In this document: one piece after another, positions 1 through 7,943 of the stretch
Layout of the letters: every line of letters starts with the position of its first letter
How positions within the stretch are numbered: position 1 is the first letter of the stretch
NCBI RefSeq assembly: GCF_000009965.1
Contig: NC_006624.1
Span: 1,380,001-1,412,000, forward strand
Reading direction: 5' to 3'
Length of the DNA stretch: 32,000 nucleotides
Source: Thermococcus kodakarensis KOD1
Lineage (GTDB): Archaea > Methanobacteriota_B > Thermococci > Thermococcales > Thermococcaceae
Translations under genes and position numbers: made by a program
The notes under the pieces: generated by a model
Told to the model about the DNA's origin: nothing
Database searches by the model: none
The model's input: the letters and a program-made list of their open reading frames with translations, nothing else

Positions 1-385
1 TGATTTCTGGAGTTGCCCCTTCGTAGATCACTTTCTTGGTGAGATCCTCCGGAAGCTGAAAATGAACGTAAACTTCCTGAGGAGCGTCTCCCTTGTGAAC
101 CTTAACCTTGAACGTTGTCTCTCCCTTAAACTGCTCGGAACCATAGCGGACGAGGTAAGTGGTGCCCTCCGGGAACTCAATCTTAAGCTCGAAGTTGTCC
201 ACGTGCGGGCTAACCTTCATTGTGAACAGCCCAAAGCCGTCCTGGGTAACAAATGTAACGCTCTGGTTATCCACGTAAAAGACCTCCGTGTACTCTATAC
301 TGGCCGGTGGAAGCTGGGCGGTTTCAAAGGCATAAACCACCAGCGCTATTGTGATGACTGCCATGATGACGAGAGCTTTGTTCAT
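1..385 (-). CDS. hypothetical signal-anchored/secreted protein (partial; C-terminal end runs off the window start)
   Basis: Not in the supplied track because it is open-ended. Reverse-strand ATG at 385-383, with GGAGGG (complement of 392-397) 7 nt upstream. I checked the register by hand and found no stop down to position 1. The product starts MNKALVIMAVITIALVVYAFETAQLPPASIEYTEVFYVDNQ..., a hydrophobic N-terminal helix followed by a beta-rich soluble part. No family recognised. Confidence 0.6.
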   Translation of the reverse strand, partial: MNKALVIMAVITIALVVYAFETAQLPPASIEYTEVFYVDNQSVTFVTQDGFGLFTMKVSPHVDNFELKIEFPEGTTYLVRYGSEQFKGETTFKVKVHKGDAPQEVYVHFQLPEDLTKKVIYEGATPEI

Positions 386-471
386 AGTGGTCCCTCCAAA
401 TAGGTTACGCCCATTCCGTTATTAACCCTTTTGTGTAGGTTGTTACGCGCCATGATGAAGAAAATCAAAAA

Positions 472-1224
472 TCAAAGGCCGGTCGGCTCGTCGATGAAAA
501 ATACATCCAGCCCGAACTTCTTCCCGAGGACTGGCATCAGGGCCTTAACGCCAAGGGTCTCCGTTTTGTAGTGGCCGGCAACGAGAACGCTCTGCGGCAG
601 GTCAACGGCCGTTAGGTAGTCCGCGTGCCCAAACTCCCCTGTTATGAGCAGGTCGATTCCCTTTCTCCAGGCCTCTTCAAGGGCAAACGCCCCCGCCCCG
701 CTGATTGCTCCAACGGTCTTTATCTCCCTCTTCCCGAACTCGTAGGCCCTAACCGTCGTGTCGAGCTTCTCCGCGACTATCTGCGCGATCTTCTCTATGG
801 GCTGAGGCTCCTCAAACTCGCCCCAGAAGCCTATGGTCAGCCCCCTATACTCGCCAAAGGGCCCCTTCGGCTCCAGGCCAAGGAGTCTGAGCAGTTCCAC
901 GTTGTTCCCCACCTCTGGGTGGGCATCGAGGGGAAGATGGGCAACGTAGAGGTTCAGACCGTTCTCTATGAGAGCTTTCAGACGCCTGTAGTGCACCCCC
1001 GTTACGTACTCTAACCCGCCCCAGATCATGCCGTGGTGGACTACCATCATGTCAGCCCCGGCTTTAGCGGCGCGTTCTATGGTTCTGAGTGTAGTGTCAA
1101 CGGTGAACGCTACCCTCTCAACTTCTTCATTCCCCTCAACCTGAAGGCCGTTGCTCGACTTGTCTGGGTAGGCAGATATGTTTAGGTACTCGTCGAGGAA
1201 AGAGACGAGTTCATCGCGGTTCAT
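472..1224 (-). CDS. NIF3-family dinuclear metal-centre protein (GTP cyclohydrolase 1 type 2 homologue, DUF34)
   Basis: 250 aa. Family hallmarks MMVVHHGMIWGG, YVAHLPLDAHPEVGNN and C-terminal AGHYKTE (His/Asp/Glu ligand pattern of NIF3/YbgI-type proteins). Its start overlaps the stop of the upstream ATPase gene (ATGA at 1221-1224), and GGAGGG lies inside that gene's 3' end. Confidence 0.85.
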   Translation of the reverse strand: MNRDELVSFLDEYLNISAYPDKSSNGLQVEGNEEVERVAFTVDTTLRTIERAAKAGADMMVVHHGMIWGGLEYVTGVHYRRLKALIENGLNLYVAHLPLDAHPEVGNNVELLRLLGLEPKGPFGEYRGLTIGFWGEFEEPQPIEKIAQIVAEKLDTTVRAYEFGKREIKTVGAISGAGAFALEEAWRKGIDLLITGEFGHADYLTAVDLPQSVLVAGHYKTETLGVKALMPVLGKKFGLDVFFIDEPTGL

Positions 1225-2618
1225 TCTGATCCCTCCAGGAGTTCTCTAATCCTGTCCTCATCTATAACCTTAACCCCCTCAGGGACGTGCTTGAAACTCT
1301 TACCAATCAGGAGATAGTGGGCTTCCCCCTTCCAGCCAGTCAGCTCTACATTCTTTCTGAGTTCTTCCACGAGTTTCTTCCCATTCTGGGCACGGTTTCT
1401 CCATTTGCACTCTCCGAATATTGCGCGCTTTCCGGTCTCGTCAAGGGCGACAACGTCTATTTCGTACACCTTCTTAACTCCGTCTTCCCTGTAATATCCC
1501 CAGTGTCTTCCGATGGTCGCTGGCCTGAAGGGCAGTTCCTCAAGGAGAACCAGCTCCCTGCAGGCGAAGTCAAACCTCTTGCCCATGTAATCGCCCAGCC
1601 CCTTTTTCACTTCTTCCCACACTTTCCTTCTCTCGAACTCGTACATGCTCAGCTTTGGCTGAACGAACCTGAACCAGAAAGCTATCAGCGGGTGGCTTAT
1701 GTGGAGGATGCTCCTTTTCCCAAGAACTGCCCTGTCGTAGTCAACAAGTCTGAAATAGTAAACGAGCTCCCTGAGCTGTCTAGTCAGAGAAGTTTCGTCC
1801 CTGTTGAGATAGCCGGCTATTCCGCTTATCGAGGTGGCCCCGTTGGCTATGGCCTCCAAGATATCATAGTAAACCCCAGATCTCTTTCCGAACTCAAGGG
1901 AGAGCATCTTGGGCACTTCTTCGGCGAGAGGGGCGTATTCCTCGAAAAACAGCTCCCTCAGGATTTCCTCTGCGCTTCTCCCTTCCAGACCTTCATCCTC
2001 GATGGCCACCCAGTAGCGCGGAAAGCCCCCGAACACCGAGTGAACCTTAAAGAAATCGTCCAGCTTTACAATATCGAGTTCTCTCGCCATTTCGTAGCTC
2101 CCACGGATGTCCAGCGGCTTAAGGTGAATCTCACGCTTTATTCTCCCGTACAGGGGCTCCTTTGAATCCCTGAACAGCTTTTCGATCATCCCGATAGTTG
2201 AACCTGTAAAGATCAAGAGGAGGTTTTTCCTCTCCTCGTTCTCATCGATGAGCCTCTGAAGGGTAGGGTAAACCGAGGGCTCTACAAACCTGAAGTCCTG
2301 GAACTCGTCGAAGGCGACCACTCCTTCAAACCTCTCAAAGAGAACCTCAAAAAAATCGTCCCAGCTTTCTATTCTCTCCCTCTTCGTTATCACGCCCTTT
2401 TCCCGGAGGATGTTTTCGTATTCCCTGAGCAACCCTGTGCTTCCCTTCTCCCGATTAACGAAGAAATAAATGTCTTTCTCCCCTAAGAATTCTCTCAAGA
2501 GCCGCGTTTTGCCAACCCTTCTCAGACCGTAAATGGCTAGGGTGTAGAGCTTTTTTCTGCTCCTTTCCCTCGCTTTACGCAAGACCTCAAGCTCCCTCTC
2601 GCGGTCGATAAACCGCAT
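1221..2618 (-). CDS. archaeal AAA+ ATPase with wHTH and C-terminal PD-(D/E)xK nuclease-like domain (Arch_ATPase + DUF234 type, COG1672-like)
   Basis: The track ORF is 1221..2630 (TTG start). I prefer the ATG at 2618 (MRFIDRERELE...), which has GGTGA 7 nt upstream. Walker A GLRRVGKT and Walker B-like VVAFDEFQ are present. There is a wHTH-like segment SISGIAGYLNRDETSLTRQLRELV. The C-terminal motif is YEIDVVALDE-x8-FGECKW (nt ~1404-1466). Family name is from memory of the architecture, not a search. Confidence 0.8.
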   Translation of the reverse strand: MRFIDRERELEVLRKARERSRKKLYTLAIYGLRRVGKTRLLREFLGEKDIYFFVNREKGSTGLLREYENILREKGVITKRERIESWDDFFEVLFERFEGVVAFDEFQDFRFVEPSVYPTLQRLIDENEERKNLLLIFTGSTIGMIEKLFRDSKEPLYGRIKREIHLKPLDIRGSYEMARELDIVKLDDFFKVHSVFGGFPRYWVAIEDEGLEGRSAEEILRELFFEEYAPLAEEVPKMLSLEFGKRSGVYYDILEAIANGATSISGIAGYLNRDETSLTRQLRELVYYFRLVDYDRAVLGKRSILHISHPLIAFWFRFVQPKLSMYEFERRKVWEEVKKGLGDYMGKRFDFACRELVLLEELPFRPATIGRHWGYYREDGVKKVYEIDVVALDETGKRAIFGECKWRNRAQNGKKLVEELRKNVELTGWKGEAHYLLIGKSFKHVPEGVKVIDEDRIRELLEGSE

Positions 2619-2620
2619 TA

Positions 2621-2652
2621 TATTCACCAACTGAATTATTCACTAACTGAAT
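2621..2652. repeat. tandem 16-bp direct repeat (2 copies, 1 mismatch) in the ATPase promoter/5' leader
   Basis: TATTCACCAACTGAAT (2621-2636) is immediately followed by TATTCACTAACTGAAT (2637-2652). It lies between a TTTATAT-like box (complement of ~2653-2659) and the ATG at 2618 on the minus strand. Confidence 0.8.
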
Positions 2653-2684
2653 ATAAACTTTTCCTCAATTCTGTCTCCAAACCC

Positions 2685-2692
2685 TTTTAAAA
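2685..2692 (+). promoter_or_regulatory. TATA box candidate for elp3
   Basis: TTTTAAAA lies 33 nt upstream of the ATG at 2725. A TSS ~26 nt from the box centre (~2714) would exclude the track's GTG at 2707. Confidence 0.45.
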
Positions 2693-2724
2693 CCGCCCCT
2701 CAAGTAGTGCCGAGAGGTGTTGGT

Positions 2725-4512
2725 ATGGGCGAGATGAGAGACGGTGAGAAATTCAGGAGGGCAGTTGAGGAGATAGCGAGAGCCGTGTTAGCGGGTGAGA
2801 TAAAGGATAGGGACGAGCTCAACCGCTACAAGATCATCGTGTCGCGGAAGTATCACCTTTCAAAGATTCCAGGCAACTCAGACATCCTGAAGGCCATTCC
2901 AGAGGAGGAGCGCGACAGATTTAGGGAACTCCTCAAGAGGAAGCCGACGAGAACCATCAGCGGAGTTGCCGTTGTGGCCATGATGACAAAGCCCTTCCCC
3001 TGCCCGCACGGCAGGTGCATCTACTGCCCGGGCGGGCCCTCAGTTGGTTCGCCGCAGAGCTACACCGGAAAGGAGCCTTCAGCACTGAGGGCGGTCCAGA
3101 GCGCTTACCATCCATACATCATCATGATGCGCAGGCTAAAACAGCTCACCGACATCGGCCATGACGTTGACAAGGTGGAAGTCATAATCCAGGGCGGAAC
3201 TTTTCCGGCCGTTGACCTCGACTATCAGGAATGGTACGTTAAGTGCGCCTTCAAGGCCATGAACGACTTTCCGTACTTCAAGGACATAGAGAACCTTGAG
3301 GAGAAGCTCGTGAGGCTCATAGTTAAGGGCGACAAGTCTGTTTTCGAGGAAGACCCCGAGTTCAAGAGGGCCTGGGAGCTGACCCACAGGAAGCCCTACT
3401 ACTACCTCGAAGACGAGCAGAGGAAGAACGAGAAGGCCAAGGTCAGGATGGTCGGCCTCACTATAGAGACCCGTCCCGACTGGGCCTTCGAGAGGCAGAT
3501 AGACAGGATGCTCAAACTGGGAACGACAAGGGTCGAGCTCGGAGTTCAGACGGTATTCAACTTCATCCACGAGAGGACTAAGAGGGGTCACGGCGTTGAG
3601 GAGATAATAAAGGCCACCCAGTTGCTTCGCGATGCCGGCTTGAAGATAAACTACCACATAATGCCCGGCCTGCCGGGGAGTAACTTTGAGAGGGATCTGT
3701 ACACCTTCAGGAAGATATTCGAAGATCCCCGCTTCCGCCCGGACATGCTGAAGATCTATCCAACCCTCGTTACCGCAGATGCTCCTCTTTACGCATGGTA
3801 CAAGGCTGGCAAGTACAGGCCCTACACGACGGAGGAGGCCGTTGAGCTCCTCGTTGAGGCCTACAAGCTCTTCCCGAAGTGGGTTAGGGTTATGAGAATC
3901 CAGAGAGACATACCGGCTAAGCTCATCGTTGCGGGGGTTAAGCACTCAAACCTCGGCCAGCTCGTCTTCAACGAACTGATAAAGAGGGGAATACGGCCGA
4001 GGGAGATCCGCTTTAGGGAAGTCGGCCACATGATGCAGAAGTTCGGAGTCCAGCCCGAGGTTGAACACATAAAACTCCTCCGCGAGGACTACGACGCCGC
4101 TGGGGGAAGGGAGATATTCCTGAGTTTCGAAGACGTGAAGAACGACATACTGATAGGCTTTATCCGCCTCAGAATCCCGAGCGAGAAGGCTCACAGGAAG
4201 GAGATAAACTGCTGTCCGTCTGCCATAGTGAGGGAACTACACGTATACGGCCCGCTCGTGCCCATAGGTGGAAAGCCGAAGTACGAGTGGCAGCACCGCG
4301 GGTATGGCAGGGAGCTTCTAGCAGAGGCCGAGAGGATTGCTCGCGAGGAGTTCGAGGTCAAGAAGATGCTCGTCATCAGCGGCGTCGGTGTCAGAGAGTA
4401 CTACAGGAAGTTCGGCTACAGGAAGAACGGACCGTACGTGGCGAAGAGACTCGACAAGGACTATGCTGAGTACAAAAAGAGCAAAGAGTTCGACGCACAC
4501 CTGAACACCTAA
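2725..4512 (+). CDS. elp3: Elp3-type radical SAM + GNAT enzyme (tRNA U34 carboxymethyl modification)
   Basis: The track ORF starts at GTG 2707. ATG 2725 is preferred because GAGGTG lies at 2714-2719. Radical SAM cluster motif CPHGRCIYCPGG (C-x4-C-x2-C, nt 3001-3030). C-terminal GNAT acetyl-CoA motif HRGYGRELLAEAERIA. Length (~595 aa) and domain order are typical of archaeal Elp3. Confidence 0.9.
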   Translation: MGEMRDGEKFRRAVEEIARAVLAGEIKDRDELNRYKIIVSRKYHLSKIPGNSDILKAIPEEERDRFRELLKRKPTRTISGVAVVAMMTKPFPCPHGRCIYCPGGPSVGSPQSYTGKEPSALRAVQSAYHPYIIMMRRLKQLTDIGHDVDKVEVIIQGGTFPAVDLDYQEWYVKCAFKAMNDFPYFKDIENLEEKLVRLIVKGDKSVFEEDPEFKRAWELTHRKPYYYLEDEQRKNEKAKVRMVGLTIETRPDWAFERQIDRMLKLGTTRVELGVQTVFNFIHERTKRGHGVEEIIKATQLLRDAGLKINYHIMPGLPGSNFERDLYTFRKIFEDPRFRPDMLKIYPTLVTADAPLYAWYKAGKYRPYTTEEAVELLVEAYKLFPKWVRVMRIQRDIPAKLIVAGVKHSNLGQLVFNELIKRGIRPREIRFREVGHMMQKFGVQPEVEHIKLLREDYDAAGGREIFLSFEDVKNDILIGFIRLRIPSEKAHRKEINCCPSAIVRELHVYGPLVPIGGKPKYEWQHRGYGRELLAEAERIAREEFEVKKMLVISGVGVREYYRKFGYRKNGPYVAKRLDKDYAEYKKSKEFDAHLNT

Positions 4513-5291
4513 CTACCGGAGAGCATCTCCTCTTCCATTCTTTTAAGTTCTGCTTTTTTAACGGCCTCTTCGTGCTCTTTATCGCCCTTTATACCCCTGA
4601 CGCGCTTTGACAGATTTAAGAGTGCCTCTTCGGGACCGTAGCAGATCAAAATGTCTCCTGGAAGAACTTGAGTGTCGCCTCGCGGTGCCCCCAAGTACTT
4701 CTCGCCCTCGGGGGTCTTCCTAAATATTCCAAGCACTAAAACTCCCTCTTTGTCCAGTTCAAGCTCTCTCAGCGTCTTGTTCGCCAGCCAGCTGTTTCTC
4801 TTAACCTGTATCCTTGAGATCGAATACCCCCTCGAGAGTCCAAGAAGCTGGTTGTAGTCGTAAACTTTGAGCTCTGGAAACCTCTTTTCAAGGAACCTCT
4901 TTATGACCCTCCTCATCCACCTCTCGACCCTCTTTGAGGTGAAGAAGACGTATAGGAAGACAAGACTAACAACGAGTATTACAAGGGAATTCAGGGCTTC
5001 CCCTCTGCTCTTTCCAACGAAAGTAAGGACGAGCGTCGCTATTGCCGAGGTTATTCCAGCGCTCCCAAGGAATATCAGAAGCCTGATAATCTTTCTCCTG
5101 ACAGGATGGGAGACCACGTATTCGCTTTCACTCGTTGTGAACCCCGTGCCAGAATAGGCAGACTGTGCCTGAAAAGCTGCCACATCCCTGGATAGGCCCG
5201 TCAGCTCGAGGGCTATTGCGCCTATCCTGACGATTATTACAGAGAGCACAACCACGAGAATAAAGGAAAGCAGGGCAAACACTTTCCACAT
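4509..5291 (-). CDS. membrane protein with C-terminal TrkA-C (RCK_C) ligand-binding domain
   Basis: Three predicted TM helices (aa ~5-28, 69-93, 101-120) are followed by an RCK_C-like segment, WLANKTLRELELDKEGVLVLGIFRK...PRGDTQVLPGDILICYGPEEAL. The ATG at 5291 overlaps the upstream stop (TGATG). Its stop overlaps the elp3 stop on the other strand (4509-4512). Confidence 0.7.
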   Translation of the reverse strand: MWKVFALLSFILVVVLSVIIVRIGAIALELTGLSRDVAAFQAQSAYSGTGFTTSESEYVVSHPVRRKIIRLLIFLGSAGITSAIATLVLTFVGKSRGEALNSLVILVVSLVFLYVFFTSKRVERWMRRVIKRFLEKRFPELKVYDYNQLLGLSRGYSISRIQVKRNSWLANKTLRELELDKEGVLVLGIFRKTPEGEKYLGAPRGDTQVLPGDILICYGPEEALLNLSKRVRGIKGDKEHEEAVKKAELKRMEEEMLSGS

Positions 5292-5854
5292 CACCCGCCT
5301 GCAGCTTTTGCCTCCGCCTCATGCTCGACCTTGGCAGCGAGGGCTATCGCTATGTAGTTGGCACCGGCCATTATAAGGTCTATGGATATGAACAGGCCAA
5401 CCGCCCAGAGGCTGGACCACGGCCACTGGAGGACTATCAGCAGGCCCAGAAAGACAGTCAGAACTCCAGAGAGCACCATGAGTGCCCACTGGGAGACGTC
5501 CTTGTTCTGGAAGGCAACGGCAATCCTGAGAAAGCCTATGAACATCAGAGACAGGCCGAGGATAAGCGTGTATATTGCAGTCGCGAGGACGGGGTTTATC
5601 ATTGCGAAGATTCCACCGAGGACATAGATGAGTCCCATTACGATGTGTAAGGTTCTGCTCTTCCACTCCCTAGCCTTTGTGATACCCTGAACCATCTGGA
5701 GAACTCCACCGACGACCATGAACGCTCCAAAGAGAGTTACACTGGTTATGCTGAGCAGGGGCAGAACCATCAGCCCGGCAACTCCAAGGGTTATGAATAT
5801 CAGTCCAAGTCCGAGCATCCAGACCCAGTTCTTCCCGACTTCTCCGTACTTCAT
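5291..5854 (-). CDS. HdeD-family (DUF308) integral membrane protein
   Basis: 187 aa, about six TM helices. N-terminus KNWVWMLGLGLIFITLGVAGLMVLP and repeated G-rich helices are typical of DUF308/HdeD. GGAGGTGG (complement of 5859-5866) lies 4 nt upstream of the ATG. Confidence 0.7.
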   Translation of the reverse strand: MKYGEVGKNWVWMLGLGLIFITLGVAGLMVLPLLSITSVTLFGAFMVVGGVLQMVQGITKAREWKSRTLHIVMGLIYVLGGIFAMINPVLATAIYTLILGLSLMFIGFLRIAVAFQNKDVSQWALMVLSGVLTVFLGLLIVLQWPWSSLWAVGLFISIDLIMAGANYIAIALAAKVEHEAEAKAAGG

Positions 5855-5897
5855 CTGACCACCTCCAGATTATTCTCACCAAAGGTTAATTTATTGG

Positions 5898-5905
5898 TTT
5901 AAAAA
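5898..5905 (-). promoter_or_regulatory. TATA box candidate for the HdeD-like/TrkA-C gene pair
   Basis: The minus strand reads TTTTTAAA about 44 nt upstream of the ATG at 5854, in an AT-rich spacer. Confidence 0.4.
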
Positions 5906-5971
5906 TTTTTCTGTATTTGTGTTATCAAAATAGCAATAGTCTCGATGGAAATCTGCCTCGGATTATGTCTC

Positions 5972-6011
5972 AAAAAAGATGAAACCAAAAGCCGCCACAA
6001 TTAGCGGCGGC
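5972..6011 (-). terminator. terminator candidate after the surface-protein gene: GC hairpin plus oligo-T tracts
   Basis: GCCGCC (5991-5996) pairs with GGCGGC (6006-6011) around the stop codon at 6003-6001. On the minus strand this is followed by TTTTGGTTTCATCTTTTTTG (T4 at 5990-5987, T6 at 5977-5972). Oligo-T is the usual archaeal termination signal. Confidence 0.5.
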
Positions 6012-7938
6012 CGTACTTCCGTAGAAGGATTCCCAGGAGCACCAGAGCACCAAGAATTACCGCTATACCGATGTATTCCGAGCCGCCACCCTTCGTAACA
6101 GTGACTCTGATCTTCTCCTCTGACTTGTCCTGGTCACTGACTGCTGAAATCTTGACAACGTAGTCCCCAGAATCAACGTTTGCGGGGACTGTAAACTTTA
6201 CTGTGAACTCGGCCACTTCGTCCCTCCCTAGCTCTGACATCCTCTCAGGGGTGATTTGGGCCTTTGTTTTCCAGTCCTCTGGTAGCTCAACATTGAGTTT
6301 AACATTGGTGAGTGGACTCGTTCCAGTGTTGTAGACCCTAACATGGAGCTCGGCACTCTTTCCAGCTTCTATTTTCAGACTGTACTTGCCAGGGGATAGT
6401 GCTATTCCATAGCTGCCCGAGAGGGAGGCCGTGAAGTTTAAGATTTTCTCCTCGCCGCTTCCCAGGGAGGTGATTTTGAGCGCCGCGTGGTAGTCCCCGA
6501 TTTCGGCGGTGTCGGGTGGGATCAAAACAACGTACAGCCGAGTATCCGAGCCGCTCTCGACGTACACGCTTCCCATGCCCCTTCTCGAACTCGGGTCGTC
6601 GGTCACAAGTGCCCCCCATCCCTCAGGAGCTTTCAAATCGAACGTGTATGTATCGTCGTTTTCCCCCAGGTTCTTCAAAACAACCTCGTAAACGAACACA
6701 TCACCCAGAACTCCGCTCTTGGTTGGGCTAAGTGCATCGGCGGTAAAGTAGTAGGGGAGCTTTTTCAGCGAGACTTTCACTTCAACCTCAGAACCCGCGG
6801 TTACCCTGATCGTCCGCCTTACCGTATTGTACGCATCCTTCGTGACGATCAGAGTGTATTCCCCTTCGGGGGCTTCAATAACGGCGGTTCCATCGGAGAG
6901 CGTTCTGGCAGAGACAACGGTTTCGCCATCACGAAGGAGCTGAACAGAGGCCCCCGGGATGTAGTTTCCCGACTCGGGATCGAGTACCTTAACGGTCACT
7001 GTTCCATTCTCCCCAGCATGGCTTTTTGATACGTAGACTGATAGGGTAGTCCGCGCGTCTCCGGCGCCTACCTCAATGGGATACCAGCCAACCGAAGCGT
7101 TGCTAGGCACGCTGACGAGGAGCTCAACGGTGCTTTCTCCAGAGAGGTAAACTCCCCTAACGAAGTCACCCCCGGCCAGGAACTTCCCCTCCCATCCAGA
7201 AGGGAGGGTAACGTTGAGGGGCACCGTGACGGGTACCTTCGAAGAAAGAACGAGCGAAAACGAGACGTTCCTGCCCGCTTCAACTTCCTTAACGGGGTAA
7301 AGACAGGTTATCTCAACACCCCCACCAACTACAGTAACCCACAGAGTCAGCTCGGAGTCCCCCGCTTGGAGGACAACAGGGTACTTCCCAGGACGGGAGG
7401 GAGGCCTCAAAACAACCGAGACCTCAGCGGTCTCGCCGCTCTTGAGGTACACCCCATCAACTTCCGAGTTGCCGGCCAGAACTTTCGCATCCCACCCCCT
7501 CGGAGCTGTTACGACCACCGGAACGAACCCTTCCTGGCCGAGGTTCCGTACCCGAACGGTAAACACGACATCCTCCCCTGGCTGAGTAATCTTGCTGGGA
7601 AACCTGCTCTCAAGCTGGATGTTGGATGGTTGCTCCCCCATGCTGATGTTTTCCCCATAGAGGACAAGCAGCACTGAACTCTCAGAAAAGCTCAAGCTAC
7701 CCACTGTCAGGTTTATCCCCTTCACTACCTCGATGGTGTCTCCATAGGAAAGCACGTGAGTAGTCCCCTTGACCTGTACTGCCACCCGCCCGTCCTCTGA
7801 AAAGTCTAGGAACCGAACCGTAACCCCGTTCACGGATATACTCTGGCCAGTATGCAGGACAATGGTAAAGGTCTCTGCCGAGGCCAGAGCCGAAGTGGCA
7901 AGCAACACTGCAAAAAAGACGATAAAGATGCGCCTCAT
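6001..7938 (-). CDS. cell-surface protein: signal peptide, four CARDB/NEW3-like beta-sandwich repeats, one carboxypeptidase-regulatory-like domain, C-terminal TM anchor
   Basis: The track ORF starts at GTG 7947. ATG 7938 (MRRIFIVFFAVLLATSALASA) has AGGTGA 5 nt upstream. Four repeats each carry P-x-G/D-W ... G-x-Y signatures: APRGWDAK..GKYPV, LPSGWEGK..GWYPI, APEGWGAL..GDYHA, LPEDWKTK..GDYVV. The middle segment is GTVTVKVLDPESGNYIPGASVQLL...EGEYTLIVTKDAYN. The C-terminus is YIGIAVILGALVLLGILLRKYGRR. Confidence 0.75.
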   Translation of the reverse strand: MRRIFIVFFAVLLATSALASAETFTIVLHTGQSISVNGVTVRFLDFSEDGRVAVQVKGTTHVLSYGDTIEVVKGINLTVGSLSFSESSVLLVLYGENISMGEQPSNIQLESRFPSKITQPGEDVVFTVRVRNLGQEGFVPVVVTAPRGWDAKVLAGNSEVDGVYLKSGETAEVSVVLRPPSRPGKYPVVLQAGDSELTLWVTVVGGGVEITCLYPVKEVEAGRNVSFSLVLSSKVPVTVPLNVTLPSGWEGKFLAGGDFVRGVYLSGESTVELLVSVPSNASVGWYPIEVGAGDARTTLSVYVSKSHAGENGTVTVKVLDPESGNYIPGASVQLLRDGETVVSARTLSDGTAVIEAPEGEYTLIVTKDAYNTVRRTIRVTAGSEVEVKVSLKKLPYYFTADALSPTKSGVLGDVFVYEVVLKNLGENDDTYTFDLKAPEGWGALVTDDPSSRRGMGSVYVESGSDTRLYVVLIPPDTAEIGDYHAALKITSLGSGEEKILNFTASLSGSYGIALSPGKYSLKIEAGKSAELHVRVYNTGTSPLTNVKLNVELPEDWKTKAQITPERMSELGRDEVAEFTVKFTVPANVDSGDYVVKISAVSDQDKSEEKIRVTVTKGGGSEYIGIAVILGALVLLGILLRKYGRR

Positions 7939-7943
7939 GGCGA

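Noticed and set aside
62-403. Track ORF of 113 aa on the plus strand
   Set aside because: It is the mirror frame of a better-supported minus-strand gene (1..385), which has an SD, an ATG and a signal peptide. The plus-strand product (rich in L/R/C/H) has no start context and no recognisable features.
452-458. ATGATGA (C-box-like) just downstream of the NIF3 stop, considered as a possible C/D box sRNA
   Set aside because: No CTGA D or D' box at the required spacing, no second C' box, and no terminal stem. This is most likely chance in a short spacer.
1287-2165. Long antisense ORFs inside well-supported genes. Besides 1287..2165 these include 625..1014, 3136..3945, 16549..17160, 19397..20212, 20212..20568, 20616..21179, 21401..21730, 24311..24883, 28857..29438, 29628..30116 and 31228..31695.
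   Set aside because: Each lies wholly opposite a gene with clear family motifs. Their products are low-complexity S/L/R-rich mirror translations of E/K-rich coding sequence. This is expected from codon bias in this kind of genome and is not evidence of overlapping genes.
4509-4512. Convergent elp3 and TrkA-C genes overlap at their stop codons; the convergent pair at 17461/17467 is 5 nt apart
   Set aside because: Tight or overlapping convergent ends are common in compact archaeal genomes. There is no additional structure to interpret.
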